Both the position numbers and the translations under genes were made by a program. Source: a virus. Taken from it: a DNA stretch of 64,000 nt. Shown here one piece after another: positions 40,101-48,541 of this stretch. Position 1 is the first letter of the stretch; each line of letters starts with the position of its first letter. The DNA lies in the IMG/VR virus record IMGVR_UViG_3300025674_000024, positions 21,660-85,659 of that record. One strand, given 5' to 3'. The notes beneath the pieces were generated by a model. The model did no database searches. It saw only the letters and a program-made list of their open reading frames with translations, and was not told where the DNA came from.

Positions 40101-41062
40101 TTGGTCACGAAGTACGGACCGCAGTCCACCAGAGCCATCCACTTGTGGTCAGCGTCAGAGCAGACTTCCTCCATCGTCTGACCCAGGTTCACCCGGTCGG
40201 ACTTACCGAACTTACGGAAAGCCGGAGGAGCGATCATGTAGCCCTGAGGCAGGTTGGTACCGTCAAACGCGGTACGAGCGGTCTGCACGTAGTCAGCGAT
40301 CGTCTCTTCGCTCTCCTCCACGTTGCTGATGCCGTAGCCGGCAGCGGCGAGGATGTACTGAGCACCGGTGATGGCGTTGGAGTTCACCACTTCTACGACG
40401 GAGTTGAACACTCTGCCAGTGATGTGGAAAGCCGCTTGGTCTCCGCTTTCCGCGGTCTTACGGAGGTAAGCACCGGCGGAGATGTCGCGGTTAGCGTCGA
40501 TGGCGTCCACGACGGCGTCGCGCATCGCCTTGGAGATCAGCAGGTTGTTGGAATCATTTCCAGCAACGTAATCTACAGGTGCGGTCACCTTCACGCCAAG
40601 CCAAGCACCAGCGGAGTTCACGTCACCCAGTTGGATGCCGTTGATCTCGAGCTTGATGTAGAACTCGTCGCCTTTGGAGACCTTCTTAGGAGCGGCAACA
40701 CCGTTGTCGATGTTAGCGCTAGGATCGAAGGAAACACCGACGATGATGGAGGGGATGCCCACGCGAGTCACGCGAAGGTCGCCCACGCCGCACTGCTGGA
40801 AGAAGGCCTTCACAGCGTAGTACGAATCGAGCTCAGCGCCACTGGTCGGCAGTTCGCCGATCAGGTTCTCGTACTCGTTCAGGCTCGACACGAAGATCGG
40901 GCGGTTGTACGGGAAGGTTGCCACAGATGCGGTCTGAGGAGCCTCAACCATCATGTAGACGGTGCTGAAGCTAGCAACCGAAGCACGAGAAGCTACAGCC
41001 GATTCGTAGATAAAAGTACCCGGAGCACCGCCACGGGCGCCCCCAAGGGAAATTGTTGCCAT
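37166..41062 (-). CDS. Tail sheath protein with about four inserted beta-domain repeats
   Basis: PGTFIYE, AFFQQCG; C-terminal VWGSRT, FVNTR, AFEVVCDERNN, PAPTLERI; repeated HGY.TGD...YFVIKVD.NTI.LA units. Confidence 0.9.
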   Translation of the reverse strand: MATISLGGARGGAPGTFIYESAVASRASVASFSTVYMMVEAPQTASVATFPYNRPIFVSSLNEYENLIGELPTSGAELDSYYAVKAFFQQCGVGDLRVTRVGIPSIIVGVSFDPSANIDNGVAAPKKVSKGDEFYIKLEINGIQLGDVNSAGAWLGVKVTAPVDYVAGNDSNNLLISKAMRDAVVDAIDANRDISAGAYLRKTAESGDQAAFHITGRVFNSVVEVVNSNAITGAQYILAAAGYGISNVEESEETIADYVQTARTAFDGTNLPQGYMIAPPAFRKFGKSDRVNLGQTMEEVCSDADHKWMALVDCGPYFVTNIQTYKNFEDHNPSNGFETGGLYLVDNVIYEWTDTSPLNFTQANYDPASGILSANSAIADGIRYAMKDDQKVRADVAVTPATDVITLAEEWDVDALPSGTLVSVAIFENTPLPTAPLYSDTPTGVTSQPLEGSFYVIASDIDNTLSSTQIKLATSKARASADQPIDLTTGGTPHGGGMLVFTYADPAWEFTVEIKGKTSSLVEANGGADDVSFNTLHLPGTLQKPTAQHDFKGLVRQVTDPSSAVFSGGLTLFYFNAADVDTVTDEITVVAHGYSTGDAINYYLLPSDGSASPTGLSTGTEYFVIKVDDNTIRLATSLANAVAGTQITLTTAGTDSTTVLNPAGAATQSVIMSGRDALIFSANHPVKTADKLYFDGDIATATETIFEGTTATSSDVYFAEQIDRNLFRLARSASDLASEAFADYPTSAITTSTPVRFYKKMAVGLDGGEFSDAGVLRYIRGRKYQLDVTLAVAGVRDEANVAIQTGVNDPYGVAYAADISTDVRFSYSRTPEGVPVYEVAAANVTFAADEVTITSHGYLTGDQVTVNTATGATLASGLTDDATYFVIKVDANTISFAESAADAVAGTAVTITNAGVDNAGGVEFLVTSTSNPYTFQYTEDDLAVPLNPAQDFAGENNFVCVPLSTGEQANTSFDDIFIHYVLQTGQSYDTLYGAYVTAELLEPEADVPNNLWNFLAVTAGDLVSEALRGVNNGGVPQMAVIEKGMDSHNRLFEEALSYSTTQGFLAYYAPYVKNDVGVFIQPTSYVTGLALRRYRDEASGFRLPPAGAKYSLAGARGVEIQISTAQQEVSNPQGLNALRQLPGYSTVDADTGEVFGPVFVWGSRTRVNRGNATQALYSFVNTRVVLNVIYGSMLSAFDGQIFNIIDGRAVTFNQIRAIAHNTLYENFYIPGALFGSTPAEAFEVVCDERNNPGGNLENGFVNVKLFVVPAPTLERIEVDLVRVGIGGIPDTLSQQGLN

Positions 41063-41140
41063 TAGAGTTTAACTCCTTCTTTGATGTTGAGAGAGCTGAG
41101 GGCTTCGGACAGTCCCACCGTGGTCCCACGTAGGGGTCTC

Positions 41141-41572
41141 TCAACCACTTTGAGTATCGGAGGATGCCTGAGGCGAGTCCAAACCGTACCCGTTGATTCT
41201 GTCCCGCTTGAGAGTGGCAAAAGCCGTGTACTCTGACAACCTCTCTGTGAAGTTGTTTAGAGTATCCCAAGGGAAGATGGCACTTGCGATGTCCACTTTT
41301 TCTGGGTTTGCGGTGTCAGGCGAAAAGTTGATCGCCGTGTCTAGTTGATTAAGAGTTCCCGGAGATCCAGCCGCAGTGCTCGAAGTGTTTTTACCCGTTT
41401 CGCCGTTGGGTCCTGTGACGAACACAGGCACTCCGATGGCTGGTTTGTTGCGGATGTCGAAGCTTTCGTTGTATTCTAGGATCTCTCGGAAGTTCCGAGA
41501 ATCACCCGTGTAAGCGTAAGCTAGCTTATTCCAGGAGTCACCCTGACTCCAAGTTCTTGTCTGTCCTGGCAT
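41141..41572 (-). CDS. Tail X/LysM-like baseplate protein
   Basis: QGDSWNKLAYAYTGD.....EILEYN. Confidence 0.7.
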   Translation of the reverse strand: MPGQTRTWSQGDSWNKLAYAYTGDSRNFREILEYNESFDIRNKPAIGVPVFVTGPNGETGKNTSSTAAGSPGTLNQLDTAINFSPDTANPEKVDIASAIFPWDTLNNFTERLSEYTAFATLKRDRINGYGLDSPQASSDTQSG

Positions 41573-41994
41573 TAGAACCTCCGATTACGACCTCTTAGGA
41601 TGGCTTTGGCGACAGCCGCCTCAACTCTCGGCATTGACATCACGGGGATCCCGAGCCAAGGACGTGCTGGCATCTTGGATGTCCCAGTCATGTGATAGAT
41701 ACCGTAGTCCGCTCCCATACGAGCCGAGAAGATGCCTCGAGCAGCCTCTGGGCGGATACGAGTGCGATCTTGCATACGCCCGGTAAGGCGTAAGATAGGC
41801 TGACCTGGATAGGCCTGGCTTTTCCAATCTCGGTACTTAGCGGAGAGAGGAGCCCACTTCTTACCTTCCTGTGGGTCTTTTTCCTCTCCCCATGCCGCTC
41901 GGTTGTCTTCTTGAAGTATCCTCGCGATCTCGTTACGAGAAGATTCCCACCAGTTCTCGTTGAGAGTCGGGACACTCAGCTTAAAGCTGATCAC
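41572..41994 (-). CDS. Virion morphogenesis (Mu gpG-like tail completion) protein
   Basis: DP..G.KWAPLS...IL.LTGRM...YH..GT..MPARPWLG. Confidence 0.85.
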   Translation of the reverse strand: MISFKLSVPTLNENWWESSRNEIARILQEDNRAAWGEEKDPQEGKKWAPLSAKYRDWKSQAYPGQPILRLTGRMQDRTRIRPEAARGIFSARMGADYGIYHMTGTSKMPARPWLGIPVMSMPRVEAAVAKAILRGRNRRF

Positions 41995-42805
41995 TTCTTC
42001 CTCCGTGCCGCCCGCTTAGTCTCCTCGTTCTGCTTCTCGACGAACTCCGATTGGATCCTCGCCATGAGAAGAACTTTGGACACAGGCTGATCTTCCAACC
42101 ACTCGACCGACGAGTCCCATCTCTGCTTACACAAGTGAAAGGCGAGCTCCAACCACTTGTCTACGTGCATCACACGATCGTTGAGAAGCTCGGGTCCCAT
42201 CCAGTCGGAGAGAGGCTTCACGTACGAAGCGGGAATCACGGAAAGATCATCCTCAGTCAGTCCTCCTAGTCTCATTATGAGAAGAAGAGAGAGGTGAGGC
42301 TGAGTGATGTCGGGATAGTCGTTGTTTATGAGGCTGAAGAAGTAGAAGTCTTTAGGCTTGAGTTCCCTGAACTGCAAAACGAGGCGACCCGCTAGAGTCA
42401 CCTTGTAAGTGAAGTCCTCGTTAGAGACCGCCTTTAGAAGTTTGGGTCCTCTTCGTCCTCTTCATCGGTCCCACCCGCTTTAGCAAGTAGTTCCGTGACC
42501 TTCTTCAGGTCTTTCATCTTGAGCTTCTGAAGCTCATCGAATGTAATCTTACCACTCCCAACGGACAGTCGGGCTGCGAGCTTCAGAGAACGTTCCATGT
42601 CTCCGATGCCGCCGAGTGTCTTCTCGAGGTAGAGAAGATCGCTGGCCATCATCTCGCGGAGGACGACCTCCTTTCCAGATGACAGAGTCGCGAAGTATGT
42701 TTCTTCGGCGGAGTCGAGAGAGGATTGAGGACGGTTAGCACCTTCCGCGAGTTCTTCAGCGGACTTGCGCATGACACGCACGCCTGACTTCTTCTCTTCT
42801 TCCAT
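41991..42805 (-). CDS. Tail assembly chaperone pair (42434..42805 plus a -1 frameshift extension to 41991)
   Basis: The first ORF ends GAC CCA AAC TTC TAA with slippery C CCA AAC at 42440-42446. The -1 frame is open into ORF 41991..42401. Confidence 0.75.
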
Positions 42806-42843
42806 GGTTTATGTTGTAACCTGTAGTAACTTTTTACCCCAGC

Positions 42844-43734
42844 TCAGTTGACGTTGACCTTGATCGCTGGGTGGGGATCATAGTCGGTTAGGATGAAGTC
42901 GTCCAAGGTTAGATCCTTAAGAGTGCGGCGTTGGAGCCATTCATCAGAGAGTCTCGCTTGGCACTCATCCTTCCACGGGAGTTTGAGCATCTGCTCAACG
43001 AGATGGTAGCAGTTCTCATAAATATGAGAATTTGCGCTTGGCATATAGACAAACCGAGCGGTCTTGTCCGTGCAAGCCGCAACAACTTTGAGCATGATCG
43101 CGTAGCGAGCGATGTCAAGAGGGAAACCGACAACCATGTCGTTTGACCGAGCGGGAACCATCAGGTCTAGCCAACCATCCTTCGCGGGCATGAACTGCAT
43201 ACCGATGTGACACGGCGGGCAAGCCGGATCGATAACGGTCGGATTGTGAGTGATGACGGTCGCTTGCCGAGTGTTCGGGAAGTGAGTCAGGGTGATGATG
43301 GCGTCCTGCAGCTGGTCAACAGACCGATCGGTCTCCAAGACCTCGTTGGGCATCTCCATCCCAGAGGCGGACGGTGGCCACTGACGCCACTGACGACAGT
43401 AAGCGGAGGCGCCAAGCTCACCGTCCTTGTCGGCTAGGAAGTCCCAGAAGTGCTTGGCGGGGCCCAGCGCATCGACGTTGGTATTGAACCCAATGTCGAA
43501 GAGGAATTCCCTACAGGTGTTCTTCCAGGGCAGTTTGCGGAGGCGAGTCAGAGGGAATCCCTCACGGAGATCCACTCTCACGGAACAACCAAAAGCTGCT
43601 CGAGTCTCGCCGTTACGACCTTCAAAAGTATCTCCCGCCTCCATCAGAGCACGGAGATAGTTGGCGTAGATGCGATCCCAATTCCCAGAGATGATGGACT
43701 TTCCGTTGAATGAAAGAGAGTGTCCGGCGTTCAT
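42844..43734 (-). CDS. Thymidylate synthase family enzyme, probable dCMP (hydroxy)methylase
   Basis: DLREGFPL, PPCH (catalytic Cys), RSND, HIYENC; GFPLDIARY in place of ThyA's G-x-PFNIASY. Confidence 0.8.
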   Translation of the reverse strand: MNAGHSLSFNGKSIISGNWDRIYANYLRALMEAGDTFEGRNGETRAAFGCSVRVDLREGFPLTRLRKLPWKNTCREFLFDIGFNTNVDALGPAKHFWDFLADKDGELGASAYCRQWRQWPPSASGMEMPNEVLETDRSVDQLQDAIITLTHFPNTRQATVITHNPTVIDPACPPCHIGMQFMPAKDGWLDLMVPARSNDMVVGFPLDIARYAIMLKVVAACTDKTARFVYMPSANSHIYENCYHLVEQMLKLPWKDECQARLSDEWLQRRTLKDLTLDDFILTDYDPHPAIKVNVN

Positions 43735-43943
43735 GAGTAGATTTTGGCGGATGTTTCGTGGTAGTATTTCTCGAACTCCTCGTCCTTGATGCCGGGAGGA
43801 AGCTTTACGTACATAGCAGCCGCAGTGCGAAGACTCTCCTGAGCCATCGCTCTGTGGCCCATGTCGTAGCGATCGTTCGCATCATCGACCCAGTCTCTCG
43901 CGTAGATGAGGAGGGCTTCGGGGTCTTGGCGCGGAGGAATCAT
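43731..43943 (-). CDS. Hypothetical protein
   Basis: Closely spaced ORF between the kinase and TS genes. Confidence 0.55.
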   Translation of the reverse strand: MIPPRQDPEALLIYARDWVDDANDRYDMGHRAMAQESLRTAAAMYVKLPPGIKDEEFEKYYHETSAKIYS

Positions 43944-43944
43944 C

Positions 43945-44514
43945 TTAGGACTTTCTCAGAGCTTCGGCACAGCGAGAAAGGACTGCGCGAGCGGTGACGT
44001 TCTCGTTCATAATCTGAACGTTCGGGAACATAGTGATGTTCTCGTAGAAGTTGAGAATCTGCTCCGTGTACACTTGGTGCTCTTGCATACGGGCGATGTA
44101 CTCATCACGGATGAGCCACGGCGCGGCTTCGGGATTCTCCGCTCTTACTTCCTCGATGTGGAGCGGAGCGGACCAGTGCCAAGGACGGAACAGCCCAACG
44201 TGGACCACCGACCCGTCTGTAGCATCCGCAAGCTCGATCTCGAAATCGATGACATCCTCGAAGTGACCGGCATTGCGGCGACGATGCTGCTCGAGGATGT
44301 AGCTGCAAGGATAAGCTCGGTCAAAGATCGCGTAGGTCTTCTTGGAGTTCTTCCAAGTCGCGATGTCCTCTCGGTAGAAGTCGAAGATGTTCTCTTGGTC
44401 CTTGGGCGGAGGGCCGTGGTGAGCGATATAGCAGTCGCCGGCAAGTTCCTGAGTCATGACGTCAATCAGAGTTGACTTGCCAACTCGGTCTGGGCCTGAT
44501 ACGATGATGAGCAT
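43945..44514 (-). CDS. dNMP (thymidylate-type) kinase
   Basis: IIVSGPDRVGKSTLI P-loop; IFDR motif. Confidence 0.8.
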   Translation of the reverse strand: MLIIVSGPDRVGKSTLIDVMTQELAGDCYIAHHGPPPKDQENIFDFYREDIATWKNSKKTYAIFDRAYPCSYILEQHRRRNAGHFEDVIDFEIELADATDGSVVHVGLFRPWHWSAPLHIEEVRAENPEAAPWLIRDEYIARMQEHQVYTEQILNFYENITMFPNVQIMNENVTARAVLSRCAEALRKS

Positions 44515-44907
44515 GGTTGGTTCTGTACAGACGGATTGTAGTGGGGAGGAGATGATAGTATTCTCAGCTAGCGGGAGATGATGTAGCCTAGGATGAGGCT
44601 GTCGTCAAGGTAGTCTAAGTTGAGGATTACTTCCACTGAGGACATCATTCTCCTTTCTTTGCTGTCAAAAAAGTGCATCCTAGCAAGGCTCTGCTTATTT
44701 CCTGGGAGTGGTTCCAGAGTGTAGAAGCGGGCTTTCTTTTTGCTCATGAGAGGGGAAGGGAGAGTTGGACGGGATGGGATGGGGAACAGCGGACTTTATC
44801 TAGGAGAAGCCTCTTCATTGTATCCTGATCAACTTCGGAGATCTCACAGGCTGTGATAAGGTTGCAGTGTCCCGAATAGAGAGCCGTCAGGGCCCTTTCT
44901 ATCTTTG

Positions 44908-47832
44908 TCAAAGCAGTCCCTTCTCGATCAGGTCTATGCGGGTCTTGAGCTTCTTGACCCACCCGTTCTCCGCCATCTGCAGCATAGAGTACTCTGACCC
45001 GTTGGGCTCTTCCGACCCGTCTGGGTTGGATGGAGTCACAGTGCACTCACTGGGAGACTTACGGAGCCGGTCGTCAATAGCGACCGAGGAGAAGAAAGCT
45101 CGAGAGAGCGGTACGTCGTTGATCCCCACACCCGCTTGGAACCTTGCCCACGAGTAAAGGTGGGCCATCTGGAAAGTTACGGAGAAGACCTCCGCATACT
45201 TCTCAGGGACCATGAACCACATCTCATCGTGAATGGACAGGATGAACTGCGCTGGGATCTTGTACTTGCGAGCCAACCAGTGAGTCGCGGTGAGAATCAC
45301 AGCGAGCATCTCCGCACCCGACGACTGGATTGTCCAGTTAATGCGACCTGTGTGAAAGTCATCTCCCACCGCAGAGGGACGCAGAGCGGTCGAGATCTTC
45401 GTCCCGAGGCAAGGCAGAGTGGGAACCTTGGCCCTTAGCGCGATGCCCTCCATGAAGTTATAGCAGCCGCTGTCGCTGCCTCCTTCGTAGTACCCGTCTG
45501 GGCTCTTACGACCTTTCTTGAAAGCCAAAGCTTTGGTGCCGTACCGACGGAGCTCCTCGGATCCGCGATCCTTGTACTTCTTCTGGATGGTGTTAGCTAT
45601 GGTTCTCACGCCCGCGCCGTACAGCATAGCGAAACCTACACCCTTAGCCGTGTCTCGGTCAATGCCGATTGCACTCGCGAGCTTAGTGTGCGCGTCGGTA
45701 CCCTTCTCTTTGGACCCAGCGAGGACGGTATGCGCCATCGGAGATGCACCCACGAATCCTCCCTCCCAGGAGTCTGCATAGATGCTTGCGATCTGCAGCT
45801 CCTGACCGTCAAAGTCAGCGCCTACGATCTTCCAGCCCGGAGGACACTGGACCCGAGTCTTGAGCTCAGTGCCGATTCTCCAGTTCTTCGTGGAGCACAT
45901 GGTGACCATGAGGGATTCCACAGTCCGGCGAGTCACAGTCCCGTGAGCGATGATCTCGGGCATTATCATGTTCCAAGCACCACCGTGAGGGTTCTCGACC
46001 TCTAGGAAGATGCGGTCCATGACACGCTTACGAACCGAAGTCCAGTAAGACGTGGCGTTAGCAATGTCGAGAGCGCGCTTAGCCTCGGGAATATCGCTGC
46101 TGAGCCGACCGTTCTCCATGTCCACGAGAAAGTCTTTGGACAACAGCACACCGACGTTCTCACCGGTACCCTTAGGATGAGGGATCTTCTGCAGCTTACC
46201 TTCAACGTCGCGGTAGCACCAACCGTCTCCCTTGATGTTCTCGATCGGAGACCCCTCCCACTTGAGCTTCAGCAGGAAGTGAGAGACCGTGGCTTTCGTC
46301 GTGACCTTCTTGTCAGAGTCCGTCAGGTACTCGGAAGCCCACTTTGGTTTGAAAGCGTACTTGCCTGTGTAAGACCGAGGTGTCCAAACTAATTGGGACA
46401 ACCAAGGATCTTTCTTAGCCCACTCGTCCGCATTGTGCCTCCACACGTGCTCTTGCTTATCAAACCCACGGAGAACGTCCGTGAACTTGACCGTCTTCTT
46501 GTGGCCAAGACTGGCAAGAGCTATGCAAGTCTCAGGATCTTCCTCGAAGAGCTTCTGGGCGGTGACAATGTCCTTATCCAGTTCTGTGTTCCACTCCGCT
46601 ACGTACTTTTGAATGAGAGAGCGACAGATGTCCGTCATCTCCTGAGCGTGAGCGTGAAACACTTCTTCAGTGTGAGAGATCCAATCCGACCACTGCGTGG
46701 AGATCGGGATGCGCGATCCGTTGAGGAAGTAGTGACCGGCAATCCCCACCTTTGAGGGAGTCGCGTTAAGGTACTTTGGCCAAAGGGCTTGGAAGAGCTC
46801 AGTCGTGTAGAAGGCGTCCTTCATCGCGTACTCGAGCAGGTCCCGACGATTTGCGAGTTGGTGCATCTCCGTGGCTTTCACGAAGACGTTTCGGATCTCC
46901 TTGTCGGCATCCTCCATGCGATGGACTTCCTCGCCGAAGTATTCCCTCACGGCCGCGACGTGGAAGTTGTAGACATTCACCAGGGCATTCGTGGAACCTT
47001 CGCTAGCCCATCTAGGACGGAACTGAAGTTTCTTCTTCTCTTCCTCGCTGAGTTCCTCGGGATCCTTGCCCGCGAGGACATAGAGCCACCTCTGGCCCGA
47101 CGCGAGGCCGGAGACCGCGACGTGAGCTGAGAGCGTGTCAAAGTAGAAGTTCTCCGGCTCGCTTTCAGTAAGCGTGTAGCCGTCACGAGCGCGAACGCGA
47201 TCATAGGAAATGTTATGACCGACAACAAAACTTCCTTTGCCAATAGGTATGAGGTCATACTGGGTCCATTCCTCTTGCGGTAGAGTTGGGTCGCACATCT
47301 CCGCTGCGAGCCATACATAAGAGGCCTTAGCAGAGAAGCAAGTACCAATCACTGGGAAAGCGCCTCCGACCACGAAGGTCTCAGTATCATACGTGAACGC
47401 TTTCTCGAGAGGATGCGGAACCTGCTCTGTGATAAACTTCTTCCCGTCCCACTCGTATCGGGTCCATCCGGGCTGGAAGATGAAGTCGTCGTACCCGGGG
47501 CACTTAGGAAGCTTTGCTTTGGAGAATTCTTCTGCTTTGGTAAGATACTCGTCAAGAAACTCTCCGGCCATGTGTTCGAAGTGATCTTTGATGTCGTTTC
47601 CCACAAGATCTGGGAACGGAAAATCACCGTCGTAGAGGTTCTCGGGATAGTCCACAGGAACTGGGACATCGAACCTACTTAAAAGCCGCCGCGACCGTTC
47701 GAGCGTGCTGCTCTTAACCGTCGGGCGGCTCAGGTTGCCGAAAAGCTTCTTATGAAGAAAATCGCTGAGGACGGGATAGCCGTGTTCGTTCTTCATAGAC
47801 GATGCAGTCATCCGATAAATTGTCGATTCCAT
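44908..47832 (-). CDS. Family A DNA polymerase, Pol-gamma-like, with 3'-5' exonuclease
   Basis: DTETF, VGHNISYDRVR, DTLSAHVAVSG, GTVTRRTVE, VGADFDGQEL, RDTAK...AMLYGAG, RINWTIQSSG, SIHDE. Confidence 0.92.
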   Translation of the reverse strand: MESTIYRMTASSMKNEHGYPVLSDFLHKKLFGNLSRPTVKSSTLERSRRLLSRFDVPVPVDYPENLYDGDFPFPDLVGNDIKDHFEHMAGEFLDEYLTKAEEFSKAKLPKCPGYDDFIFQPGWTRYEWDGKKFITEQVPHPLEKAFTYDTETFVVGGAFPVIGTCFSAKASYVWLAAEMCDPTLPQEEWTQYDLIPIGKGSFVVGHNISYDRVRARDGYTLTESEPENFYFDTLSAHVAVSGLASGQRWLYVLAGKDPEELSEEEKKKLQFRPRWASEGSTNALVNVYNFHVAAVREYFGEEVHRMEDADKEIRNVFVKATEMHQLANRRDLLEYAMKDAFYTTELFQALWPKYLNATPSKVGIAGHYFLNGSRIPISTQWSDWISHTEEVFHAHAQEMTDICRSLIQKYVAEWNTELDKDIVTAQKLFEEDPETCIALASLGHKKTVKFTDVLRGFDKQEHVWRHNADEWAKKDPWLSQLVWTPRSYTGKYAFKPKWASEYLTDSDKKVTTKATVSHFLLKLKWEGSPIENIKGDGWCYRDVEGKLQKIPHPKGTGENVGVLLSKDFLVDMENGRLSSDIPEAKRALDIANATSYWTSVRKRVMDRIFLEVENPHGGAWNMIMPEIIAHGTVTRRTVESLMVTMCSTKNWRIGTELKTRVQCPPGWKIVGADFDGQELQIASIYADSWEGGFVGASPMAHTVLAGSKEKGTDAHTKLASAIGIDRDTAKGVGFAMLYGAGVRTIANTIQKKYKDRGSEELRRYGTKALAFKKGRKSPDGYYEGGSDSGCYNFMEGIALRAKVPTLPCLGTKISTALRPSAVGDDFHTGRINWTIQSSGAEMLAVILTATHWLARKYKIPAQFILSIHDEMWFMVPEKYAEVFSVTFQMAHLYSWARFQAGVGINDVPLSRAFFSSVAIDDRLRKSPSECTVTPSNPDGSEEPNGSEYSMLQMAENGWVKKLKTRIDLIEKGLL

Positions 47833-48130
47833 TATGGGAGTCAGGCAGGCTGGTAAACTTCCTCTTTCTTATCTCGAACCGCCTCAGCGAGTTCCTCAGC
47901 TTCTATGAAGAGCTCAGCGGCATCTTGCTCATATCCCTGCTCTCCGAGTATCCAGGCTTCGTCAACAAGCTGGTGAATGCGGTCAATGATCGGGTCGTAG
48001 GGAGTCATGGTGTGAAGTCTCGTGATAAGCTTTACAGATTTCGATGTCCTTTATCACTTGCTCCATAGAGGCAGCATTTCCGCTGTAGTGTTCTTGGGCG
48101 CCGTCTAGGTAGAGAACCCAGCGGTAAAGC

Positions 48131-48541
48131 TCAAGTTTCTTGCTGAACCAGATCGTCTGCATCTTTAACTCGTAAACTACCACCTCGCAAGGCGTAACCT
48201 GAGTCTCTCCTCCAGTTGTATCCGTTGGACATGTTCACAGCCTTTTCGGGCGGGATATCCCAAAAAGTTTTACCGATCTCTTCGTCATAAAGACCAATCT
48301 CGAAGTATTCGTTAAGCTGCTCGAGGAACTCAGGGTGAGAGTTCCACTTGCGGTGGAGCCGCACTCGCCACTTCATATACTCGTCTCGTGACCGACGGGA
48401 CTTTCCCTCTTGCCACTGGGAGTACCAGTTCTCCAAAGCGTCGATGATTCCCACTCCGGCTTTCATCTTAAGCTGGCCGTAAGATCGGTTGAACTCACGA
48501 GTCTCTTGGTTCCACTGTTCGAGTCCTTTGATGTCATTCAT
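48131..48541 (-). CDS. Hypothetical protein
   Basis: Coding-strand ORF; TAATG overlap with the upstream gene. Confidence 0.6.
   Translation of the reverse strand: MNDIKGLEQWNQETREFNRSYGQLKMKAGVGIIDALENWYSQWQEGKSRRSRDEYMKWRVRLHRKWNSHPEFLEQLNEYFEIGLYDEEIGKTFWDIPPEKAVNMSNGYNWRRDSGYALRGGSLRVKDADDLVQQET

Larger units (their letters stand above)
411..42839 (-). promoter_or_regulatory. Recurrent GGGTAAAA motif upstream of late genes (putative late promoter)
   Basis: Plus-strand TTTTACCC at 411, 9872, 11435, 14490, 18302, 28614, 32028, 35075 and 42832; TTTTACCT at 19601. Confidence 0.7.

Noticed and set aside
35258-41065. Long plus-strand ORFs (35258..36439, 37100..38176, 40070..41065)
   Set aside because: Antisense shadows of the portal and sheath genes caused by codon bias; no recognisable motifs, and all credible genes are on the minus strand.
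42844-43734. Plain thyA annotation
   Set aside because: The specificity residue is Asp rather than Asn, so the symbol is withheld.
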